Positions 39,701-51,700 of a stretch of DNA of 64,000 nucleotides are shown here, in pieces. The stretch is from the IMG/VR virus record IMGVR_UViG_3300027708_000023; one strand, written 5' to 3'. The translations under genes were made by a program, and so were the position numbers. This DNA is from a virus. Position 1 is the first letter of the stretch. Each line of letters starts with the position of its first letter. The notes under the pieces are model-generated. The model ran no database searches. It was not told the origin of the DNA and saw only the letters and a program-made list of their open reading frames with translations.

Positions 39701-42700
39701 ACTATTAGAGCATATCAGGCAATAGGCTTAGACGGAGCTCTTAATCCCGCTTTGGGTAGAAAAGAAGATTTAAGTCAGTCATTAGCTGATGTAGCAGGTT
39801 TGAATAAGACAAAAAGAAAAAAACTTGGACCAGCAGTAGATCAGCCATTGTCTTATTTTGCTGGATCATTAGATGCTGCTATGCAATTTTCATTACCAGA
39901 AAAATTATATAGTGGTATAGGAGCTAGTAAGCAAAAACTATTTATAGAATCAGCTGGCGTAAAAATTAATAAACTAGAAGATACCAAAAAACTAGTTGGA
40001 AAAACTGTCAGTATACCTTCTTTCTTATCTACTTCAGAAGTGCCAGCCACAGCAGAAAGCTTTGCAAGAACAGGCATGATGACAATAGAAACAAACAAAA
40101 AAAGCAAAGGATTAAGTCCAGAAAGAGCTAAGACAGAAACAATTAACAGAGACAAATCAAAAACAAGAAAAATAGACCAGAGACTTATCTCTGATTCTTA
40201 CGGTAAGGGCAAAGCCGATGAAAATTATGCTGACGATTATGATATTGAATCAGAATATATTCTACCAAGAAATTCTCAATTTAAAGTAAAAAATATAGAG
40301 GCTAACGATAATAGTACAGAAGGTGGAAATCTTCTTGAATCGCTCAATATGGATTGGGCTGTAAAAATGTTAAGCCGTGGAGGGAAAGCACAAAAATTTG
40401 CAGACGGTGGAGTAGCTCAACGAAAAGTTGGATATATTGATTATGACGTTATTGCTAATCCTGATAATGAAGCCGTTGTCAAGAAGGGTATGGAAGCCAC
40501 CGGAATGACCGGTCCTAGACTGTATACTGATCATTTAACACAGCTAGCAATACAAGCAAGAAAAGAAAGTAGTCTAGATAAATTAAGAGCAATATATGGT
40601 GTTGCTGGTAGTGGTAAAACAACACTAGCAAGAGGCCAAGGAACAGATAGTGGAACTTTAAGACAAACTGAAAGATTCCCAATATTATCTCCAGAAGATA
40701 TTCAAAGAGCTACTGAGGTTTTAGTTTTAAGTAGTAGTGTTTCAAAAGATAAATTAGATAACGTTTTTGGAGAGACAGACAGAACATATACTTTAAGCTC
40801 TACTACTAAAGAGGAAAGAGAAGGAGTTAGATCTCGTAGAGTTGGAAGAGACATTAGTGGTATAGGTTTAGAAAATCGTAAACCTGGATCCACAACCAAT
40901 GTTGCAACAGATACCGCTGTCAGTGAAGCTTTATTATCAGACAGACTTGGTAATAGATCTACTGTTTTAGGTCGCTCTGAGAGTGGCAGATTACGCAGAA
41001 AACAGGGAGATGAACTGGTTGATGTGGTTAAAAAGAAAATAGGATTTACATGGGGAGGTTATTCTCCAATGACCGCTGGTCATGAAAGTATTCTGGATGC
41101 GGCAGCCGCAATGGGCATACCCCCAGAAGATTTCATTTATATGGTTGGATCCAACGAAGGAATAGTCCCTGGAAAAGAGCAATCCTATAGAACAGCAATA
41201 TTTGATCAAGATACTAGAGTTTTATTGGCAAAAGCTGGTGCTGGTGCTCGTGGAGCCACTGTGCTTCCAAAACCAAGAGACTTTGAAGTTCCTCAAGCTT
41301 TCGACCTCTCTGAACCAGGAGAACGCCGCAAAGTATTAGTACCAGCTAAAGGTAGCACAACATTTGTGGCTGATAAAGATCCAAAAGAAACAGAAAAATA
41401 TAAAACAGCTGGATATAAAGTTAAGAATATAGAGAGAACTGGTGGTATTAGTGGAACGATGGTTCGTGACCTTATAAAAGAAGGCAATCTTGGAGAATTA
41501 CAAAAGGTATTGAGTCCTGGAGTTTATGATCTAATTTCGAGAAATATAGGGAGAATTCAGAACAGAAGTAAAATACTTCCTTCAATCATAGAAGAAGTCA
41601 AACAAACACAAGGCGTTAAATTAGCTGATATAGAACAACAAATTAAAACTGTAGGTATTTCCAGAATAGATAATAAAAAAGCAGAAACCGATCCAGAATA
41701 TGCTGCAAAAGTTGAGGCCCTCAAGGAGTTAAGAGAAAAAAGAGATAATATCAAATCATCAGCATCATTTGAACCACACAAACTATTAGCCGCACTAGCT
41801 GTCAAACAACCAGAAAAATATGGTTTGGATTTGAGCACAACATTGGATGATGTTTCCGCTCCTATGCGTACGATGTCTTTCGGTGCAGTTCAAAGATTTT
41901 TGGATGGTGGTTGGGTACAACGAATGCAGTCTCAAAAGAAATCCACCCTCAAAGAAGATCTTAAATTTTTACAGTCTGCGATGGTATTTTCTGACGAAAC
42001 AGGCTCGTATGTCCCAACTTATGCTAAAGAAAATGAAAAAGAAGTTGTTGATGCTAAAGAAATGTTGGAACGATATAATGCGATGTCTCAGTTTATCACA
42101 GGCCCCCGTTCGGCTAAATCTGCTCTAAAACCAACAGGAGGATATAATTCTCAAGAATTATTAGATGCTGTTACCTATTATCAGGCTGGTTCTGGACCAC
42201 TCACAAGAGCTATGGTTAATAATGACTTTATTTTCACAGACAGAAATGAAGCTTACGATACTGAAGATTTAGTAGGAAGACTAAGCGCAGCTAGCCAATA
42301 TAAATTGCCCAAAAAACTATATAGTGGTTTGGGAAGAGGTCAATTTAATGAAATACTAAAAGATACAAATATTTCTCCAGACGATTTAATTGGTCAAACC
42401 TCCAAATCTATTGAGAGTATGATTGGCAAAACAGTTGACTTTCCAACTTTCTTATCTGCTTCTGTAAACCCAAACATGGCAGAAGGATTCGTTGGAGATC
42501 CCGGATCATTATTTTCTATAGATTCTAGTAAGTCTAAGTCTTTGGGAATAGATATATTGAAAGCCAAAGGAACATCTCCTACAGATGCATCTCCAACATC
42601 TCGTAGATTACCAGGATTAGATAAAATCAAACAGCATAAAATTGCTGGTTATGACCAAGAAAAAGAATTTGTATTACAACCCAATAGTCAATTTAAAATC

Positions 42701-45700
42701 TTAAAAGCTAGTGGGAATATATCAGAAGATCTTAAAGAAAAATTATCAGGAATTAAAAAGAAGAAAGAGCAAAAGTCCTTCGCTGCTAAATCAGATACCG
42801 GAGAAGAATTTACAGTTTATGAACCAGACTTTGAAGCTGGAATATCTGAAATTTTAAATGAAAAAAGCAGAATAAATATTCAGGCCCAAATGCTCTCATT
42901 AGGAGGTAAAGCTCAAAGATTTTCTGAGGGAGGAAGAACACTGAGTCCATTACTTCAGTCAATATATGATTCTATGAAAGATAAGCCAGAATGGCTAAAA
43001 GAGTTTGGACTCCCAGATAGTGTAACAACCGATGTCCCTGCAAAAACCATAGCCCAATTATATTCTGGAAAAAATTTTCCTACAGATCCATCTTTGGGTA
43101 TGTTTGCTGGCAAACCCATTAGCATAGATAATGTTAATGCCGTATGGAGAAAATCGTTTGCCTCATCAATGACTCCAGAAAAAACAGCAAACTATACCGC
43201 AGCTAAAAATTACTTAGCTCAAGAGCTAAAAGATGATACTACAGAACAAACAAAATTAACAATTAGAGATGTTAATAAGTCTACTAAATTAGGAATAGTA
43301 GGATTACAGCCAACAGATAAAAAAGAAATCCAGGGACCGATGAAACTTGGCGATAAAAATGTTACATTGTTTATTGCTGGATTATCTTCTGAATATGATA
43401 CAGCAGTAAAGAATATGAGACGTGGAGTTGAGGGAGTAGTTAATCAATTTGGTTCTGATATTCAAGACACAAAAATTTTCGGCTCTAGTGAAAAATATGC
43501 TTTTGATTTTGATGAAACTTTAGTTACTGGCGCTGATATTGTAGATGCTAATGGCAATCCAGACATTCCAAAATATAGTGATTTTGAAGCCGTTAGAGAA
43601 TCTATGAAAAATGCAGAACTAACTCAATTAGGCAAAAAACTCAAAAAATTAATAGCTCAAGATCCTTCTTTCCTTAAAAAATCTAGAATTTTAACTGCAA
43701 GACCACAAGAAACAGCTGGAATACTAGCTGAAACTTTACAAAGACTGGAACTACCATTCCAAGTATCTGATATTACTGGAGTATCCAAGCCAATAGGAGA
43801 AAGCAAATTAGATATAGCTGATGAAACAACTAAACGTATTAATAATACTACTATAGCAAAAGCTAAAGCTCAAGACGTTAAACAACTAGAAGCCCTAATT
43901 GACGATAATTTACAAAATGTTACCGAAACCAGAAAAGCTGGGAAAAAAGCATTTCACTATACAGAACTAAAGGATTTGACCCAAGAAGAAAAATCCGCTA
44001 GTGGATTTCCCAATATAGAAGGGGCAATCACACAATCTGTTATGACTGTGATGGGAGCTACTGGAGGATTGATCCAGAATGGAGCAGTAGATTACGAGAA
44101 CGGCCTAGGCCCTGCTGCTCAATATTTTCCTGGAATAGGTTCTGATTGGCCAACAGAAGTTAAGAGAACACTAGACTCTAATGCCATTTCTGATGCTAAA
44201 AAAGAATTTACAAGATACTATAAAGAGAATGGAAATAAAGGTATTCTTGCTCAAGCATTTGCTGATGGTGGACTTGCTGAAACTCCCCAAAAAGAAAAAG
44301 AATACGGTAAAATTAGTATCACTATGGCTACCGGAGGAAAAGTAAACAAGCACCTCGAACAATACAGACAAGTTTTGAGTAGCATACTACCTCCCGAGAT
44401 GCTTACCGAAGATGGTATGTTGAAAATGCCGTCGGGAGAAGGAAAAAGTATCCATATCACACCCCCTGTCCAGAAAACTCTTTTTCAAAAATTGGGTTTG
44501 GCATCTTATGACTCGGGTAAGGCTTATTACTCTGGTGGATTAGACTATAAATCATTAAGACATTTATTAAACAAAAGAAGATCAGAGCTTCCCCCAATAG
44601 AGGCAGAAGGTTTAGATAAATTCATTTCCCAAAATCTTGCATTTATAGGCAATGAAGACGAGATATCTTTAAGAGGAGCCAAGCACAAAGGAGTACTAGC
44701 TCACGAAACATTCCATGATATTCAAGGATTTTTATATGACAATCATCCAAAAATTATGGATAAACTAATATCATCAGTAGGCTCTGAAAAGGATAATATT
44801 GAGAGATGGTATAAAGATCCAACAAATAAAAAATTCACAGAAAAAGGGAATTATCAGTTTAAGCAACTATTTCCAGACTCGTCTAGTAATAGTCCTTATG
44901 GTACGGATCTGGGAGACTCAGCCAGATCAGCTGTAACTAAAGCAAAAAGGTTCAAAGGAGATAAGACGATATCGAGCGATCATCTCCTTTCTTTATTAAT
45001 AGACAATCAAAAACAATTAGGAGCAAATGAAACTGTTCCGGTTTTATTAGGTGCAGCATCAGAAGGAAATAAACAGGCTGCTGAAATTTTATCAAAAGTT
45101 TTTGAAAATGCTGGATTAAAACCAGATTTTATGGATACGCTACCCAAATTTGCTGCTGGAGGAATGGTTCCTGGTGTTGGAAATGGTGATACTGTACCAG
45201 CTATGCTTAATGTTGGAGATTTCGTTATAAGAAAGAGTAGCGTAAACTCTATTGGTCCAGATAAACTAGCATCTATGGCGGGATATGCTGCCGGAGGCTC
45301 GGTATCCGACAAGGTACCAGCCCTCTTGACTCCCGGAGAATTTGTCTTCTCCAAGACTGCTGCTCAAAAAATAGGATATCCTAAATTACACTCAATGAAT
45401 AAGGTAGGTAAATTTGCAAGTGGTGGAGCTGTTGGTTTACGAGTAGGTTATGCTGATGGTGGAGCAATTCAGGATCTTGGTAAGTTTTTATCTGTTGTAT
45501 CTTCGATGCTGAATAGTATTCCAACTAGAGCTATGAGTATCAGACCGAATACTATTGATAGCTCAACTACGAAAATAAACGATAGTAGTACTATAGATGC
45601 TTTAAGCTTATTAGGTAAAGCACTTGAGAATGTGGGAGTAAAAACATCAGAAACTGCGGCCCTAGTTAAGCGTGGTGGAGATATTAGTTACAAAGCAACC

Positions 45701-48700
45701 ATAGATGCTATGGAAGCAGATCTTGAAAGAGCGAAAATTGCGGGATTATCTTCTAAGCAAATCATAGCTCTGGAAGACGTTATCAAATTAACTAGAGAAA
45801 AATCAACTCAGGCTGTTGCAAATAAACAATTTTTAGAAAAATCTTTTAGCAATTCTGATACGGGGAAAAAGCTAGGATCAGGAGCAGCTCAACAGGCCAT
45901 TTTGACCAAGGCATCAGAACTAGAACCAAAAATTAGAGAAAATACAGAGTACTCTAATAGATTAAGTCTTATGGGTTCGGGTTTAAGTTCACAGCAGATA
46001 GCAGCAACAGCCAAGTCTATGACCGATACTCCAGAATCAAGAGAAAAAATTAAATCTAAATCCATAATTGCTGCTACAGAAGAGGTAACAGGAGTTGATC
46101 GTAAAGAATTTACTAAACAACATCTGGAAGCTTCGGACATACAGCAATATATTGCTCAATCAATGCTTGATCGTAAAACTTTGACACAAATGGATCGTCA
46201 AGTACTAGCGGACAAAATGGACGAATTACAAAGAACAAAAGCATTTAAGCAAGCAAGCTTTGAAGAACAAAAGAAAATGCTTGATCAGATCAGAGCACAA
46301 GCAAAACAAGAAACCTCACAAAGAAGAGAGGTCCTTGATCCAATTGCTAAAGAAAAAGGACTGCCAGGACTTAAAGAAGGAAGTATACCTCAATCACTAT
46401 CAGGCATTTTTTCTAGTAAAGCAGGACTTGCAGGATTAGGACTTTTGGCAACAGCGCCTGGGTTAATCGAAGCCTTTGGACCATCAGCAAAAACTTCTAG
46501 TAGTGCTTCTTTTATGGGAGGATTAAGAGGTGCTGGAGAGACAGCCTCTGCAGGACTAACATTAGCTGGACAGTTACCAGGAGCCGCTGGCCCCATCCTC
46601 GCTGCTACAGCTATTGCTACACTTGCTAGTGCTGCCATAAAAGCAAGAAATGCGTTTATCGAATTTGAAAAGAATTTAGCAAATAGACAACTAGAAGTAT
46701 CATTAAGTAATTTACAACAATTATTTGCAGAGCTAGCTAAAGATACGAAAGATATAAGGATTCAAAATCAAATTTCTTCAGAAATACAAAAAGGAGCAGG
46801 TAATGTCAGCAGATTAGAACAGATAGATTCAAGTTTCCCTAAAGCTTTTTTCGCTAATGGCTTGGATGCTCTATTCGCCAGTAGGGACTCAAGAGATAAA
46901 GGTACCGCTAATGGAACTCAGGCCTCTTCGGACAGATCTAAAATCCTAGAGAAATTCGGAACAGCTGCCTATTACCGATCTACCGGTTTTGGTCAGGCAA
47001 ATTTTGGACTTAATGCTATTGGGGCAGATGCTAGAGCGGATAAAAATCGTAAAATGTATTTAGAAATGATGGCTCCAGAAGAAGCCCAAGAAAGAGCAAA
47101 GAGATCTTCAGCACTCTCTGAATCTTCTCAAGCATTCATTCTTAACAAAGCCAAGTCTGGCAAGACTGCTACAGAAATTTCTAAGGAGCCAGATTATGAA
47201 GTATTGGCAAGAAATATTGCTTTAGCTAATAATGCAGTACAAGAACAAATATTGGCAATAGAGAGGTCCAATCTTGTAAATAAAGAAGCCGCTAAAACTT
47301 CCATTATTAGACAATATGCAGAAGAGCAACTTATAAAAATCACCAGACAAGCACAGCAAGAGAGAGCAATGGAACTCTCAGAAAGAGCTGGTAGACAGTT
47401 TTCTATGAGTTTTGATAGAATGTTTGCTAATATGAACCAATCTATCATGTCAACAAATAATTCTTTAGATATTTTTAGTGATAGACTAGACTCTTCTATT
47501 AATGCTTTCGGTGGTCAAGCCTCCATAGGTAAAACCAACCTAGATACTATTAATACCCTAAAAACCCCAAATATCTCATCATCAGCCAGTTTTGCTTCTG
47601 CTGCATCAACTGGTTCTTCTTTATTTGGAACAGAGAATAAGCTGGTTGAATCCATACTGGTTCTTGGTAGAGATTTAGAATCTTCATTAATGAGCACAAT
47701 TAATAAGACAATACAGACTAATCCCAGAGCTTCAGATACCAAAATTTCTTCAGACATAGAAAATAGCATTAATAATTTATTAGGTAAATCTAATCTGCCT
47801 CCTGATTTAACAGCTCAATTATCTAAGAGCATTGGTATCGGGATCACAGAAATAAGACGCAAAGAAGGAGAAGGGACCAAAGATAGGAAAATTGATTTTG
47901 CAGAACTACTTAGAGCTATTCCTGGATTAAAAGACACAGTAGATGCTTTAAAAACAACAAATAATAGTGTTATAGCTTCTCTAGAAAATTATCAGACAGT
48001 ATTAGATAAATTCACCCAAAAATTAGAAATGAGTAGTGAAAAATTAAGAGAAGCTGCTGAGAGAAGATTTAAGGCAGACGATATTGTTATTGATAGCTCT
48101 ATACAATTAGCAAAAACTTTTGGCTCTGATATAAATCCAGCTCTTGGCAATGTTCTAAGAAACCAAAGAACATCTCGCATGACCGGAGGAGTTACGGATC
48201 CTAATGATCTTTTAGTTCAAATTAATCAACTTCAATCTCGTTCTACTAATCAAAGAGATAATCTTAATGAACTTAAAAACAGATCAATCGGGCAGCCAGG
48301 AGCCATTAATGCGATTATAGATAATGAAAAAGCACTATCTAGAACAAACTATCAATTAAATCAAACATATACAGCACTAAAGAACTTGGCAGATAGTGGC
48401 GATGCAGCATCTAATGCTCTTAGCGCTATTCAAGCTGCTCAACAAAAACAGGCAGGCAAAGTTTCATTAATTGAAAAATTAGTTGGTAGTGCTCCTGATG
48501 AATTGGATACTTTTAATAGAGCACTTGTTAGGTTACAAAGAACAGCAGGAGGAGAAAGACTTTATCAAACAGCAGATCAGAGAAAAGAAATATTATCTGT
48601 ATTGAATGATATTACTCCTTTGATGGGAAGTAACCAAGAAGCACATAATTTTAAAGCTAATACCTTAGAGAATTTACTTCAAACTAGTGGAATAGGTTTA

Positions 48701-51700
48701 AATCCACAATTTCAATCTATTATTAACTCTATCAGAAATCCAGAAGCAGATCCAGCGGTTAAGCAAGCCACAGAAGAGTATAAGAATGCTGTACAGGTTC
48801 AATCAGAAGCCAATAGAGCAATAGCAGAACTTAATACAAATATTTCAACTAAATTAGTAGAAGATATGTCCAAGGCTCTCAAAGACTCTATAACAAATAC
48901 TAGAGTTAAGTTTGATGAAGGACAAATTAAAGATATAGTAGCTGGGATCAGAAGTGCAACAACGGTTGTGGCTCCTGGAGCCCCTGTTGCTAGAGCCTCT
49001 GGCGGTATTATATATTCTGCTGCTGGTTCTTATGTGGATTTTCAGCCACAGGGCACTGATACTGTACCAGCGATGCTAACTCCTGGCGAGTTTGTTATGA
49101 GCAAACCTGCTGTGGATAGGATTGGTTCTGGAACTTTAAGCAGAATGAATAAAGGATATAGTAATGGAGGACAAGTATCATACTATGCTGATGGTGGATA
49201 TGTTAGTTCGCTATTACAAAATAAATATGTGGACAGATCAACCGGGGAGCCTCTAATAAGAAAAACAGGAACATTTAGTATTGATAATGGAACTCAAAAT
49301 TATCCCAACTTATCTGAAGAGTTTACAACAGGCAGCTTGAATACCTTTAAAAATTTACAAATATTACCTAGTTTTGGAGCTGGTACAGCTTCAGGACAGA
49401 TAGATAGTTCAGGCAAAAAAAATGAAACCCATACAATTGGTTATTCTGATCAGCCCAACTTAGGATATGGAGTTCCACCTAGTGCTACATATCTAGCATG
49501 GTTTTTTAGCCAGAAAGAAGAGAAGAATAGAGGAGCATATAAATATACAGAACCAGCAGGAGCAGGGACCCCTTCTATTGTTCCTCTTGGTGTATTTTTA
49601 TCGCCAGGAACTACTACTAAAAGCATACTAGATGAAAAACCTTTGATATTTGATGGTCCAGAATTAGAAGCAAAAAAGAAATTTGAACAATATATTGAAA
49701 AATTGACAGAAGTTAATAGATTATTGCCAACAAAGATTGAACAAAAAAATGATGCATATGATATTTCTGTAGGTGCTGCTAATTTTAATATTCCATCTCC
49801 AGATAGTATTAATAATGCAATAAAAGAATTTCCTTCAGTGAGTACAACAGGAAAACCTGGCGAATTTTCAATAAAAGGTATGTCTAAACCAGTCAGCGGA
49901 TATGTTGGACTATATTCAGATCGCTCTTCTGGTCTACCAACCGTAGATGGTCTTTTGGGGAATTTAGGCGCTGGACACAGTGAAGAAAATCTTCCTGATA
50001 TAGTATTGCAAAGACTCGGTAAAGATATTATGGGTATTTCACCACAGACCCGAGGAACTTCAAATACGAATGGATTTACTGGAGCAGGGAAAAAGTCTGA
50101 ATATGATTATTCTGTAACTCCACCCAAAATAGTAGATTATGGACTTTCAAAAAGTTTCATGGATGGATGGATTAGTGGTTTAGGTAAAAAGCCCCAAACC
50201 ATAAAGTTACCAGGATCTGATATGTCTAGCTTAGTATCTCTAAGACAAAAAATTACAGGAGAAAAATACATAAATGATCTTAAAAATAAAAAACTAACAG
50301 CCAAGGAGGCAGAATACGAAGCAGTCATTGCAAAAAAACTCAAGAGAATATCAGATAAGACAGAAAGTTCTGTAGATATAAATAATGATTATTTTGATTT
50401 GAAAAAACTTGGTTCTGATAGTGATAGTGTTAATGTTTTTAGCATATCTACTGGAGAATGGCCTCCATATGTTAAAATGCTACAACAATCAATAAATAAT
50501 TCCAAAAATAAAGAAACTTTAGAAAAACTATCTTATTATGGTAAAGATCCAACTAAACTACCATTCGATGTATGGCCAGAAGGAGATTTTACCAAACTCC
50601 AACAGTTTGGATGGATGGACAGTGGACTGGAATTTGACAAAGCAACCGCTGCCCAAGTAACAAGAAAGGTAGAAGATAGAGCTAAACAAGCTAACCCAGA
50701 TATTATAGAGAATAGTATTACTGGCAAGATAAAACTTAATGATCCCCAATTAGAATTACCTTATAGATTAAATTATTCTCAGAATAATAAACCAACATGG
50801 TGGGATACCAAAACAAATAGCAAATCTGGCAAACCTATTGTAGACGGATTTGATTCCTTATATCTATTGAATGCAGGAGGAGAAACAGCAGGCGCTAAGG
50901 GGTCAACAGATAATATATTACAATTATTAAATACTGGAGACAAAAGACTATTTGCTACATCAAATGGATTAGAAAAATATATCCCAGATCAGCTATCTGA
51001 ACAGATAAATAATGATCCCAAGTTACTAGCATATTTAAAATCTGCTATGGCTAATGGATATGATAGTAAAGAAACACAAACATTAGAGAGATCTAATTTA
51101 GATGGTCTATTCAAACTAAAATTAAATAAAAACCTATTAGGATTATTAACAAAAGCAGATGCCCCAGGAGGATTTGGAGATCAATTTAAAGAAACTGGGG
51201 ATATTTTTAGTGGAGATATTCAATTTTTCTTAAGAGACTATATCGTAGAAACTGCTAAAAAACTTAGTTCTGATAAAAAAGCAACACAATTAACAGATAG
51301 CAAGAAAAAATTTGGTAATAGTAGAGATACTAGTAAATTAGTAGGATTTGATGAAGGCCAAGAGTTCGCTGGTGCTTCACTAGCATTAGTTCTGGGAGCA
51401 GAAGAACTATTCGGTTCAGGTGGTGAGTTTGAGCTTCCAGGAATATTACCACAAAATTGGTTTAAGCCAATGCTACCAACTCAATTTAACAGCATATATG
51501 ATATGCCACAAGGTTTAATTAGAGAGGGTATGGGCAGATTAGGTTCTTGGTTAAGTGATGCTTCTGGTAGAGTAGAAAAATATATAACTCCAGAAATGGC
51601 CCAAAGAGACCCACGACAGTACGATAAGATAATAAGAGCACAAACATACATGAGAGGCGCTCTGTCTGCTTTTTCAAGTTTTGAGAAAGAAGCTACGGGT

